A stretch of DNA of 64,000 bases from Centroscyllium fabricii (lineage: Eukaryota): contig JBNRSN020000026.1 of NCBI GenBank assembly GCA_051313645.2, positions 70,928,001 to 70,992,000 on the forward strand, in the 5' to 3' direction. Both the position numbers and the translations under genes were made by a program. Of this stretch, positions 11,990 to 24,007 are shown one piece after another; the stretch's first letter is position 1; each line of letters starts with the position of its first letter. The notes under the pieces are model-generated. The model saw only the letters and a list, made by a program, of their open reading frames with translations, was not told the DNA's origin and did not search any database.

Positions 11990-14400
11990 AGACTCAGGTC
12001 CAGGGGATAGGCGGAATCGGGGGCTGACTAGATTGGGACATCAATACTGAGGGAGAGGGAGAATCTGATGCTGAGTGAAGAGGTGGGATCAGGCAGTGGG
12101 AGGCTAGAGAAGTTAGTCTGAGGCGAGAGGAGAATCTGGCTCTAAGCGGAGAAAGGAAATGAGAGACTGAAGAGAGGGGGGGGTCTTATACTGAGGGGAG
12201 TGGGTATCAGACTCCGAGAGAGAGAAAGGAATCAAGGTCTCGGGGAGAGAGGGATTCAGACCCTAAGGCGAGGGGGAATCAAATTTGAGGAGGAACTGGA
12301 ATCAGATACTGAGGGGATGGGGAATGAGACACGGAGGGGCAAGAGGAATAATAAAACTGAGTGAAGAGGGGAATTCAGACACTGAGGGGGAGAGGAAATG
12401 GATAACTGGGGAGAAGGTTAATATTAAATGGAGGGGAGATGACACAGACCCTGGGGGGAGGTGGGATCAGACCCCGGGGGCAGGTGGGATCAGACCTTGA
12501 GAGGATGTGGGATCAGACCCTGAGGGGAGATAGGATCAGACCCTGAGGGAGGTAGGATCAGACCCTGAGGGGATGCGGGAACAGACACTGAGGGAGGTGG
12601 GATCAGACACTGGGGGAGAATTGAAACCAGTCACTGTGGAGAAGGGGGTGCTCTAATATTGAGGAGAGATTCAGGACTGAGAAAGAGTGAGAACAAGACC
12701 CTGGAAACTGAGGAAAGAGAGGGAACCAGATATCAATGAGTGAGGGGACGAGGAATCAAACTTTGAGTGGAAGGGGGATTAGACATTGAGGGAAGGGGGA
12801 GATGAGACCTTGTGGAGAGAGAGAGAATCAGATACAGCCCCTGAGGAGAGATGTGCCCTGATATTGAAGGGGAAATGAGAGTCTGAAGGCAGAGGGGAAG
12901 CAATACTGTGGGAAAGTCAGAATGTGATGGTGAGGGAAGAGGGGAATCAGATCTTGTGGGTAGACAGAAATCAAACAATGAGCAGAGAACAGATGAGATA
13001 CTGAGGGGAGAGAGAATTAGACCCTGGTGGGAGGTGGGATCAGACTCTGTGAATCAGTGAATAGAGTGTGAGGGGAGAATGCGAACCAGACACTGTGGAG
13101 AGTGGAAATTATAAACTGAAGCAGTTACAGCAAGTTCTCAACACAGAGGCTCTTGAGTAAACCGAGTGAAATGGGGAGTTTAACCTGCATCCCGAGCCGG
13201 ATCCGAACCACACAGGGTCTGTTTGTTGTGAAAAGCCATATCAGGGGAAATAGATTGGGGGGATTTGTAATTGTATCCAATTAATTGACACCGATTCTCC
13301 TGTTTCCTTTACAAAATATATTTTTGAATGTATTTAGAGTCAGGGGGATGCCCTTCAGTTACACTGGGCATCATTCCCGGATAGTGTCCAACAGCAAAAG
13401 TTCCCTGAACCTAAGAGGGGTAATTAGACCCCCAGTGGAACAGGGGAATCAGACCCTGAGGGGACTGGGAGAATCTGATACCGAGGCCGTGGGGGGGGGG
13501 GTCCGGGTATGTGGGGGGAGGGAAAGGGATTCTCAAGGAAAGGGGGAATCAGATACCGAGGAGAGGAAGGGATTAGAGTCTGAGTGCGGAGAGGGAATCG
13601 GAATCTGGTGCGAGGTGGGATCAAATTCCGAATCAAGGGGGAAATCAGATTTTGGAGGATTTTTAATCAGACACTGAGCAGGGAGCGGGTAAGAGAGTCT
13701 GAGGGGCAAATAGAATCATAAAATGGGGAGATGACAGGGAATCAGACACTGATGGGAGAAATGGAACCGCAACATTGATCAGAGGAGTGGTCTTATATTG
13801 AGGGGAGGTGGAACCAGACCCTGGGGGGAACAGATCACCTACTGTGGGGACAGAGAGAGTCAGACCCTGGGGGCAGGTGGGCTCAGATTTACAGCGAAGG
13901 GAGGGGGCTGGGCGGTGGAAGCAAGGCCGGAGGGTGAATAGAGACCCGCAACTGAGGAGGGGGATATCCTGATATTGCGGAGGGAATCAGGTCGAAGAGA
14001 AAATGGGAAATCGAGACTGGGGAGAGAGGAATCAGAAACAGAGGAGAGAGAGGGAATCAGATATTGAGAAGAGGCAGAATTAACCATTGATTCGGAATCA
14101 GACACTGAGGCGAGGGTGAGGCCCTGACTCGGAATCAGAGCCGGAGGGATGGAGGAGATACTCCCTGTGGAGAGGGGGAATCAGGCACAGAGGGAGGGGG
14201 ATTGAAACACTGAGAGGGAGAATTACATTGAGAGGAAAGTGGGAATCAGCCTTTGGGGGTGATGGGATCTGACTGTGTGTTAAGGAGAGAATCAGATCTG
14301 AGGGGAGCGTGGAACCCAGACACGGAGGGGAGGGGGCTCATTAAATGAGTGAAGAGGGGGAATGTGAGCCTGAGAGGGGAGAAAGGGGAATCGGAGACAA
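11990..14400. repeat. Purine/G-rich degenerate ~22-bp repeat spacer (GAGGGGAG...GAATCAGACACT-like)
   Basis: Repeated gggatcagaccctg / gaatcagacactgagggg motifs with strong purine strand bias. Homologues at ~24400-25500, ~47550-49040 and ~59200-60300. Confidence 0.75.
13121..13425 (+). pseudogene. Third, truncated IFN exon 1/intron 1/exon 2 remnant (unit 1 only)
   Basis: gcagttacagcaagttctcaacacagag...gagtgaaatgGGgagttt (donor GT changed to GG, 1-nt insertion), then orphan-type intron and exon-2-like ggcatcattcccggatagtgt. Confidence 0.8.
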
Positions 14401-14545
14401 CCCATCAATCTAACCAGCTGCCCCTTTAGTGCCCCCGTGAGGCGAATCCGTTCAATTTGGAGGAACCGATATACTTTCCCCAAATTCCATATTGAGAATA
14501 TTGATACAATTCGATGAAACATTGAGCTGGTTGTGATCTTCTATC

Positions 14546-14670
14546 GGGGATTTCCCAGTCGCTGGTTCAGGAATCTCCAGCTTTTGGATTCCTTACCTCA
14601 GAAAGGAGGCGTACAAACTATTGCTCCCCTGCAGCTCCTCCAACATTCCTCCATCCCGATTTCACTTTTC
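14546..14670 (+). promoter_or_regulatory. Proximal IFN promoter, gene 1: NF-kB 14546-14556, IRF-E 14660-14670
   Basis: GGGGATTTCCC and TTTCACTTTTC at about -351 and -238 from the ATG; conserved in the other units. Confidence 0.7.
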
Positions 14671-14897
14671 GATTCTAATGGCCACATCGCCAGTCCCTCC
14701 TCTTATAGTGGGAGCTCCCACAGTGTCCAGCCGCTCACACACACTCCACAACACAACTGGTCGCTCCCGGAGCACAAGCGGCTGCATTTCCACTTCCAGA
14801 GTTTAATTCGGTGAACATGAACCGTTTTCTGAGCTGAATCCCGATCCACTGGGTTTCCGACCCTTCAGATCGGTGCTTTACCCCGGCTCGGTCCAGC

Positions 14898-17141
14898 ATG
14901 GCTTTGGCGAGTGTTTGGGGATGTTGGATTGTGTTGGTCTTGTTGCCCGGGACCCTGAGTCTGGGCTGTGTGAGGCTGCAGTTACAGCAAGTTCTCAACA
15001 CAGAGACTCTGAGCAAACTGAGTGAAATGGTGAGTTTAACCTGCATCCCGAGCCGGATCCGAACCATCTACTTTCTGCTCATTGTGGAAAGTTATAACCG
15101 GAGAAAATGTTTGTGGTGTTTGTAATTTGACACAATTAATAGGCAGCGATGTTCCAGTATTTCAGTGGGGCTGATTGTAACACTGACTGTCTTCTCCTCT
15201 CAGGGCGGCCCCTTTCCCCGACAGTGTGTAAGAGAGAGGCTCCGGCTGAAAACCAAGCCCTTCAATCTGGTGAAACTTTCAGAGGGATTACAGGTGAGCG
15301 AACTCTATTTTAGTTGACGTTATTCAAACAAAAGTTTTATACAAAGCATGAGTAAGATAAACAAGCTGATCAGAATTTTAATCAAGATATTTAAATCCAG
15401 TGTTAGTTGCCCATTGAAGTTAAAATGACAGTCGAGCCATTAACTCACTCTATGTCACTCTCTCTAACTAGCTCTCTCTCTCTAACTAGCTCACTCTCTC
15501 TAACTAGCTCACTCTCTCTAACTAGCTCACCCTCTCTAACCAGCTCACTCTCTCTAACTAGCTCACTCTCTCTAACTAGCTCACCCTCTCTAACTAGCTC
15601 ACTCTCTCTAACTAGCTCACCCTCTCTAACCAGCTCACTCTCTCTAACTAGCTCACTCTCTCTAACTAGCTCACTCTCTCTAACTAGCTCACCCTCTCTA
15701 ACTAGCTCACTCTCTCTAACTGGCTCACCCTCTCTAACCAGCTCACTCTCTCTAACTAGCTCACTCTCTCTAACTAGCTCACCCTCTCTAACCAGCTCAC
15801 TCTCTCTAACTAGCTCACTCTCTCTAACTAGCTCACCCTCTCTAACCAGCTCACTCTCTCTAACTAGCTCACTCTCTCTAACTAGCTCACTCTCTCTAAC
15901 TAGCTCACCCTCTCTAACTAGCTCACTCTCTCTAACTCACCTATTATCTCACTGCCATTAACTATCTAACTCTCTCTGATCATCTCACACCCTCTATTCA
16001 TTGAAGCCCCTCTAATCTTCCATTCTGCTCCCTAGATGATCTCACCCATCCTTTGACTATCCTTTTACTATGTCATAGAATTATAGAATGGTTCCAGCAC
16101 ATAAGGAGGCCATTCGGCCCGTCGAGCCAGTGCCGGCTCTCTGCAAGAACACTTCAGCTAGTCCCGCTCCACCGCCCTTTCCCCGTGGCCCTGCTATTTT
16201 TTCAGGTATTTAACCAATTCCCTTTTGAAACCCACAAATATTTTATGCTTCTAAAACACATTTGGGAGCCCTTTAATATCCCCCACTAATCTATTCCATA
16301 CATTCTCTTTGAACCTCATTTCCCTTTTCAGTTGTTCTTCACACTTTCTGCATTCAGCTTGGTCCTCTACTGTATTATAAGCTTAACGTTTATCATAAGC
16401 CTCCTTTAGCTGTTTCATTGAAATCTCCACCTTCAGTGATCCGGGGAGAGATAGCTTTGCATGCTCTGCCTTCCCCCTGGTGCGAATGTGTCTAGACTGC
16501 ACCCAAACCATCTTCTCTTTGAAGCCTTTCCATTGCTAATTTACTGTTTCACCTGCAAATCCTAGATTCCAATACACTGGAATGAGCCCTCCTCCAGTTG
16601 ACTATTGTCACTTGTGATTGATGCTTGTCCTTTTCCATAACTGCTCGAAACCTAAAAAGGAACAGGTCCCCTCTAACGACCTTGTGTGTATTGTGCACAG
16701 ACCCAGGACAGGATCCAGATTGTCCATCAAACACTGCGTCACCTCACCAAGATCTACAGCATGAACCTGGGCTCAGTCACATGGCCCCGGGACAAGGTGG
16801 AAAACTTCCGTCTTCTCCTGGATCGGCAGCTCGGGGAGCTGGAAGAATGTGTCAGGAAACCGGGCCCAGAGTCCAGGCCCAGGAGAATCGCCTCAATTCA
16901 CAAATACTTCAAAAGACTGAGAAAGTTTCTCAAACAGAAGGTGGGACAATTGATATTTTACTGAGATTACTGACACTTTCAGTCACCCGATTTAAACCTG
17001 TTCATTCTCTAATGGATTTTCCTGAATATTTCTCTTCCTCAGAGATTCAGTGACTGCGCCTGGGAAATAATCCGCGCTGAGACCAGAGCCCGATTACAAC
17101 AGATCCTTTTCATAACGGCACAAATCAGAAGAAGAAACTGA
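14898..17141 (+). CDS. ifn: Type I interferon, copy 1 (186 aa); exons 14898-15029, 15204-15293, 16701-16940, 17043-17141
   Basis: GT-AG phase-0 introns. Spliced protein: signal peptide MALASVWGCWIVLVLLPGTLSLG; GGPFPRQC...; ...LEECV...YFKRLRKFLKQK; RFSDCAWEIIRAET...IRRRN*. CAWE motif and Cys24/52/124/159 are typical of 4-Cys type I IFN. Confidence 0.93.
15456..15940. repeat. 18-bp minisatellite (CTCACTCTCTCTAACTAG)n in intron 2, gene 1
   Basis: Directly visible; produces the spurious SLTSSL ORF. Confidence 0.95.
16073..16200 (-). mobile_element. Old CR1-type LINE 3'-end fragment (antisense) in intron 2, present in all genes
   Basis: catagaattatagaatgg...ggaggccattcggccc resembles the reverse complement of a CR1/HER1-type 3' tail. 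Confidence 0.55.
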
Positions 17142-17602
17142 AGACTTTCCAAAGACATATTTCGTACAGACTGGGAACAAAGAATATTTATTTAAAAGAC
17201 CGCCTATTTATTTTTTTTAATTATATTTTAACTTATTACATTGTTGTAATATCGCGATTGGGTGCAATGTGACTGATGGAGGACAAGGACTGTCTTGATA
17301 TTGATCCATGTTGGATCATTTATTTGAATTTATTGATGGTTATTGCTGTGACAGTTGCCTGTGATGAAATGTTAGAGCTTTGACTGGGGGCGAGTCTGAG
17401 GAAAATCCTGTCTCTGTCCCTTCCTTCAGGGACTGGCAGCTGCAACAGTGAAAAGTTTCATCTCAGGTTCGGTCTGTGGGACACCTTATTCCACTCGCTG
17501 CTTTCCCAGTGTCGGCTCTCTAGACTGACCCACACGGCTGAAGCTACCTTTTGTCCCTCATCTCATCAGAATTGAGTCAAGTTTATTGCTGGACACAATA
17601 AA
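17142..17602 (+). promoter_or_regulatory. IFN 3' UTR with AU-rich elements and candidate poly(A) signal (AATAAA 17597-17602)
   Basis: Several ATTTA motifs (tatttatttaaa, ctatttatttt, catttatttgaatttatt), conserved downstream of all five genes; typical of cytokine mRNAs. Confidence 0.6.
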
Positions 17603-18524
17603 ATGTTGCAGATTTTTCACAACGTGTAAAGTCAAAAATGAGAAGAAGTAACGGAAGATTTCTCAATGACATGTTTAACACAGACTGAGAACGATGAGAT
17701 ATTTTAAAGACCTCGAATTTTAAAATGTATATATTTTAATATCTGTAACGTATTGCTAATTTTAGACTGTTGTCAGCTTGGCTCAGAGGTAATACTCTAA
17801 GTCAGAAGGTTCTGGCTCCAAACCCCACTCCCAAATCAACTCTTTCATTTCCATTCAGCTTTATGAGGCTCCTTATTCCAGTCGCTGAACTTCCAGTGAC
17901 AACTCTCTGCACTGGGAATGCCCGGCCAATACTCAGCTCTGTCACTGGCTTTCATGGCACTGATTGGCTCTCGATGGTGGGGTTGCGGAACAATGACCCA
18001 TGACCTGATCCCTGACCTGCACTGACCTTTACATTTCCGCTCTCCCAGCGGCCAACACTCCAACTCGTCCCGGGTATTCCTAATTTATTGATATTTATAG
18101 TTGTGATGTTTTCTACAATGTGTAAATTGGGTTCAGAAAGAACTGTTAATTTATTCATATTTATTCAGATTTGGGGAACAAATTTTTTCTACACTGGAAA
18201 CTTTTTATACTGAATGAGAACATGTTGGTGTAAATAAATTGTTTACAATATAACATTTTTATTGGAGTCATATTTATTTCTCATTTGCATCTGTCAGGTT
18301 TCCAGACTCACTATAAATGCTCTGGATTGCTCTGCCTGCTGCCTCTGACTGGCATTACCTCTCCGCTCGATTCCCCACTGGCTGATATTTTCTCGCCTGT
18401 CAAAATTGTGAATCCATTTTGAACCCAATTGGCTCAATATTCATGGGGAGGGGAATGAGTGGAGAGTGGGAGTGAAAGTCTTGTATATGGCACCTAATCA
18501 TGCACCTTCTGCAAAGCTGTATCG

Positions 18525-18730
18525 TTACCACTGACTGTATCCCTTTTGCTGTATATGTGAGCTTCTTGAAAACTCAGTAGAATTATTCAAGCACCAGGTG
18601 ATCTTCACAGATTCATGGTGACTGTCCCTAATGAGCCAATGTCTTTCCAACTGTTCACTAATTTCATCCCAGACTATGGACTCCATAATTTTACCCACAG
18701 CTGAGGTAAGGCTAAAAGAGATATAATTTG
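18525..18730 (-). mobile_element. Degenerate CR1 RT fragment (repeated in each complete unit)
   Basis: Translation SLTSAVGKIMESIVWDEISEQLERHWLIRDSHH resembles the CR1 RT segment SLTSVVGK..E.I....I..HL....LI.DSQHGF. Confidence 0.65.
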
Positions 18731-19012
18731 TGTCACCCTTCAATCTTTTGGCAAGATACTTGATTTCAAAGTTATGTGGGTTGTGATTATTTCTTCTTTC
18801 TGTCATTGAGGCAATTCATCACTTTCTTGCTCTGCATATGATCTGCACCTGGTGAATTTTCTACTTCCTACTTTCAGTCGCACTTACTTTTTTTATCCTC
18901 CCTTCCCCTTTGCTCCCTTGTTACTCACTTCATCCTTGCTTTTGTATATTTATCTCCATTGCTCGATTGTACATTCCCCTCAGGTTCCATTTTCACCTTC
19001 TTCAGTAACAAC

Positions 19013-19454
19013 TGTGTCTCAGTGGGGAACACTCTTGCCTGTGAGTCGGAAGATTGTGGGTTTAAGTCCCACTCCAATGACTTGAGCACAAAATCTCGGC
19101 TGAAGGAGTGCTGCACTGTCGGAGGTGCTGTCTTTCTGATGAAATGTTAAACCGAGGCCCTGTCTGCTCTCTCAGGTGGATGTCAGAGATCCCATGGCAT
19201 TATTGCGAAGTAGCGCACGGGAGTTATCGCCGGTGTCCTGACCAATATTTATCCCTCAATCAACATCAGTCAAAACCGGATGATGTTGTCATTATCACAT
19301 TGCTGTTTGTGGGAGCTTGCTGTGTGTAATTTGGGTGCCGAGTTTCCTACAGTACAACAGTGTCTACACTTTTAATGTGTTTCCTTGGCTGTAAAGCACT
19401 TCGGGACGTGCGGTGGGCGTGAATGGCGCTATAAAAATGCAAGCCTTTCTTTCT
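19013..19454 (+). mobile_element. tRNA-derived Deu-domain SINE (SacSINE1/AmnSINE-like)
   Basis: tRNA-like head (ctcagtgg...gggtttaagtccc), central gagtgctgcactgtcggaggtgc...aaaccgaggccc, L2-type tail gcgctat(a)aaatgcaag. Family assigned from memory. Confidence 0.65.
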
Positions 19455-21578
19455 AACAGGCATGTTACAGATTAAGGATCTTTACCACTTATTCAAACTC
19501 AAGTACACGCACAGGAACTAAGGCTTGTGGCCTAAAATATTATCCCATCTTCCCATGATATTTTATGGGGAGGGCAAATGGGTCAGTTTATTCCCACATT
19601 TGCCCCCTTTGCATTCCCCACCATTCCAGCTTCCGCTCTTCATCCCTCTGTGTTGCACCCACTCACTCGCATCACAATCTCTACCTCTTCTCATTTGAAC
19701 TAGTGACTAGTTTGTGTAATCAGACTGTCGAGTTCACAGAAACAAGACCCGGAATAAATGTCAACATAGGAAGATATAATTGGCAAAAGCAAACTGGAGA
19801 TTTCGCTCGTTTGTGTTGGTTTTTTTCAGCGTAATTCGTCTTAAATCGATGAAACCTGTGCAAATGGTGATGGAAAGTTAAGCGCAAATTACGCCCAGCG
19901 GAAATAAAGTTGCCGCTATTTTTGCACCAGTTTAAGAAACATCACTCTAGGAGCCGGCACCACCCACAAAACTGGCCTCGTCCCTCGGTCCAATTACTCA
20001 CCATCGGGATTTTCTGCTAATTCTGCTCATTTGCTGCCTTCGCGGAGGCTCCAAAAATTAAAATGCTTCTTTTGAAATAAAGACAGACTTGCATTTATGT
20101 AGCGCCTTTCAAACACACCAGACATCTGGTAGCGCTTTACAGCCAATAAATACTTTTTGAACTGTAGTCACCGATGGAATGCAGGTCATTTGGGGGCAAG
20201 GACACTAATAGGCATATATTAAAAACATTTGAATTTATTTTTAACCTTTTTAATTTAATTAGACTCTGACCCCAATATACCCCAATATAACTAACAAAGG
20301 TTTCTGTATCATTTTTAAAAGTCATTTTCAATCATTTAATTTAAAATTGGGTTACTTACAGTTGGTGGATTGAAACAGTGTTTAAATAATGCTTAATTTT
20401 TACATTAACCCGATTTTCAGCTGTATTAATCAAACTGCACCAAGTTACAACTCTTAAATATATCGAGTAATAATTTTAAAGGCAATTTGTTTAAGTTACG
20501 TTTTAAAACGCCGCCCGGTTGCGATGGTTCATCCGAAAGAACAACAGAAAACGCTGGAGAAACTCAGCAGGCCAGGCAGCATCGGTGGAGAGAGAAACAG
20601 AGTTAACAGTTTGTGGAATCTGACCAAGGGAGTCACTTCACTTCAGCTGTGTCTGTGGAAAAAGGACTTTGGTATTTCGAAGCCGGACAGAATTTATACA
20701 TATGCATTGAAAACAAATCCAAATGCACTCTGGCCTGTAAATAAAGGCCATGGCAGTGTTTGCCCAAAATTGGGAAACAGATTAAGAGGGCCATCAAGAT
20801 TGAGTAGGCCCATCGATACCGATTGGAAACAAATCAAGGTTGTTGTCGACCGGTAGCGACGATTACCGGCCAGCCAAAAGTTGTTAACTAGACCACTACC
20901 CTTTGTTAAATTAGCCAGCCAAAGCAAAAGACAAAGAACTGACCTGATTTGGTGGGAGATAAGGGTTTCGTCAGAAATGTATAACTGGGAACCCAGGGTA
21001 GCCATCTGGGGACAATCTTCTCAGCAGCTCTCGTCTCTGGTTCGTCTGTATCGATTTCTAGTTTCTCTGCTCCTGGTTCATGGCAGGTTTTGATTTGAAC
21101 GATTTGCAAATGGAAACTCGAAAGAAATCGCTTCTCAAAACTGGCGCAATTTTGGTAGTGGGATGGTAGGGGGGGCAAAGTAGGCAAAAGTGGGGATAAA
21201 CTGACATATGAAGTTCGACAAAGTGGAAACACTGCCCCAAACATGTGACAGAAAGGTAACATCGGGAAGTCAAGTAATGCAGAAGGATTTGTGCATGAAT
21301 GTAAGATTATTATATATTATAGATTAATGTGCTGATAAGATTCCTTGCTGTTTAACTTTATGTTGTCTACCAGTGTTCTTTAATATTCCACCTTAAATTT
21401 CCATATCTCCTTTTCGTCTCCATTCTAAACTTTTTATAAATCATACAGTTTTATTCGGCATTAGGGTACTATTAACAGCCTCTGCTGCCTCGGCCCGAAG
21501 CTCTGAAATTCCCTGCCTAAATCTCTCTGCCTCTTTACCTCTCTTTCCTCCTATAGACCCTCCTTAAAACCTACTTCT

Positions 21579-22708
21579 CGGAGCTCACAGAGTTGGTGGT
21601 ATTATATTAGCATGGATAGAGAATTGGCTAACTAACAGAAAGCACATGTTGGGGTAAATGGGTAATTTTCTGGTTGGGAAAACATAACTAATGGGGTGCC
21701 ACAGGGATCAGTGCTGGTGCCTCAAATATTTACAATCTACATTAATGATTTGGATGAAGGGTTCGAGGGTAATGTAGCCAGGTTTGCAGATGATACAAAG
21801 ATGGGTGGGGAAGCAAGTTGTGCAGAGGACTCCAAGAATCTGCAAAGGGATATAGACAGGCTAAGCGAGTGGGCAAAGAGTTGGCAGATGGAGTATAATG
21901 TGGGAAAGTGCGAGGTTATCCACTTTGGCAGGAAAAATAAAAAAGCTAATTATTATTTAAATAAAGAGAGATTACAAAATGCTACAGTTCAGAGGGACCT
22001 GGGGGTCCTTTTGCATGAAACACAAACAGTTAGCAGCAGGTGCAGCAAGTAATCAAAAAGGTAAATGGAATGTTGGCCTTTATTTCAAGGAGGTTGGAAT
22101 ATAAAAGCAGGGAAGACCTGCTACAACTGTACAGGGTATTGGTGAGGCCACACCTGGAGTACAATTTTCGTCTCCTAATTTAAGGAAGGTATACTTGCAT
22201 TGGAGGCAGTTCAGAGTCAATTCACTCGGGTAATTCCAGAGGTGAGGGGGTTTTCTTATGAGGAAAGGTTGAGCAGGTTGGGCCGATACACTTTGGAGAT
22301 TAGAAGAATGAGAGGTGATCTTATCGAAACATATAAGATACTGAGGGGGCTCGACAGGGTAGAAGCTGAGAGGATGTTTCCCCTCGTGGGGGAATCTAGA
22401 ACTCGGGGGCACAGTCTCAGAATAAAGAGTCGCCCTTTTAGAACTGAGATGAGGAGGAACTTCCTCTCTCTGAGGGTCGTAAATCTGTGGAATTCTCTGC
22501 CCCAGAGAGCCGTGGAGGCTGGGTCATTAAACACATTTAAGGTGGAGATAGACACATTTTTGCAAGATGAGGGAGTGAAGGGTTATGGGGAGCAGGCTGG
22601 GAAGTGGCTTTGAGCCCAAGATCAGCCATGATCTTATTGAATGGTGAAGCAGGCTCGAGGGGCCAAGAGGCCCATTCCTGCTCCTATTTCTTATGTTCTG
22701 ATGTTCTT
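21579..22708 (+). mobile_element. 5'-truncated CR1 LINE inserted into an L2 3' end
   Basis: PQGSVL, FADDTK, RPHLEY and RMRGDLIETYKI motifs with a (TATGTTC)-type tail. Flanks (ccttaaaacctacttct | ctttgaccaagct...gcgctatataaatgcaag) form a continuous L2-like 3' end. Confidence 0.85.
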
Positions 22709-23270
22709 GGGTAATTCTTTGACCAAGCTCCCGGACACCTGCCCTAATTTATCTTTATGTGACTCGGTGTCAATTTTTCTGTCTTAAAACACTCCCGGGA
22801 AGCGCCTTGTGACGTTTTACTATCGTTAAAGGCGCTATATAAATGCAAGTTGTTTTTGCTGTTGTTGTAAGCATTATTTTAAATTTCAGTTTTCCTCTGA
22901 GCTCTCGCTCTCACCGTTTACCCCGCCCACCAACCTTGCATGGCCAATGAAATGTGCCGAAACAAAATGAATTGGTTTTTACAAACCTTTATCTCTTTAA
23001 ATTGCTGCAATACGATTGTTTAACTGAATCACTCTCTGCCGCTGTCTCCAGCTGGTGCCCGTGGGATCTCAGTCCCAGGTACACTCGGAGGGAAGTTACT
23101 GTTCGCAATTAGAGCTGAGAGTGATTTGACGATATTCCCGGTGTAACCGGGGCTCTCCCGGAGATCCCAAACCTTTTCCCAGCTCCCGCTCCCCCTCTCA
23201 CTCTGACCCGTGCTGTGTCCAAACCCTCCGCACTTTCGGAAATGACAAAACTCCTCACTTTCCCGGAGAC

Positions 23271-23778
23271 ACTTTCGCTTTCGGGTGTATTTGACAAAGC
23301 TCATTTCCACCGAGAAACTGACTCGGACACTTTCCCGGGAAAGAGACCAGAAAAACAGGATGAAAGAAAAGACAGCGGGACCCCCTTCGGACTCAGTGTG
23401 GGAACGGATTAAATATTCTTCAAAAACCGAGTCTGAAAATGACTCCAGAAAACACCCAGGAAGGGACAACCTTAAAGAGCAGAGTCTCCGACAGGTGAAT
23501 CCGGGGGAGACAGTCGGCATCAGGCGGTGCCCCTGGGCTGTGAGCCGGGGTCTCTCCAATGTCCACACTCCCCCAATACAGACCCCACCCCCCTCGACAC
23601 CAGCTCAGGGCCCCGGGGATCCCAGTCCACACAACCCGGAGCTGGTGCTGATCTCCCAGCGGGGATTTTCCAGCCTCTGGTTCCGGAATCTCCAGCTTTT
23701 GGATTCCTTACCTCAGAAAGAAAGCGGACAAACACCTGTAACTTTTCCAAACCTCCTGCGGTCCGATTTCACTTTTCC
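23271..23778 (+). promoter_or_regulatory. Distal IFN promoter, unit 2 (ISRE 23271-23282, NF-kB 23662-23671, IRF-E 23767-23778)
   Basis: Same motifs as 10861-11373. Confidence 0.65.
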
Positions 23779-24007
23779 AATGTAATGGTCCACATTAAAG
23801 CCGGCAGCGCGGCAGTGAGAGCTCCCACAGTGTCGAGCCGCTCACACACTCCACCCGGCAACACAGGCGCTCGCTCCCGGATCACAAGCGGCTGCATTTC
23901 GACTTCCAGAGTTTCATTCGGTGAACAGGAACCGTTTTCTGAGCTGAATCCGGATCCGCTGGGTTTTTGACGCTTCAGATCGGTGCTTTATCCGGGCTCG
24001 GTCCAGC

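Noticed and set aside
15456-15940. CRISPR-like regular repeats
   Set aside because: Head-to-tail repeats without unique spacers, no cas genes, eukaryotic context.
15407-15961. Ser/Leu/Thr-repeat ORFs (also 50114-50476 and 61459-61908 on the minus strand)
   Set aside because: Translation of an 18-bp intronic minisatellite; the frame is not preserved between copies.
14898-17141. Type III IFN or IL-10-family identity for the spliced gene
   Set aside because: The CAWE motif, FPxxC in exon 2, YF..L..FLK.K and the cysteine spacing fit type I IFN better.
19013-19080. tRNA gene (also the tRNA-like stretch at ~17775-17832)
   Set aside because: Degenerate SINE head without a full cloverleaf or acceptor stem.
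19740-21300. Possible MITE or transposon remnants and 100-120 aa ORFs in the intergenic spacer
   Set aside because: I could not define TIRs, TSDs or domains, and the ORFs change frame between units.
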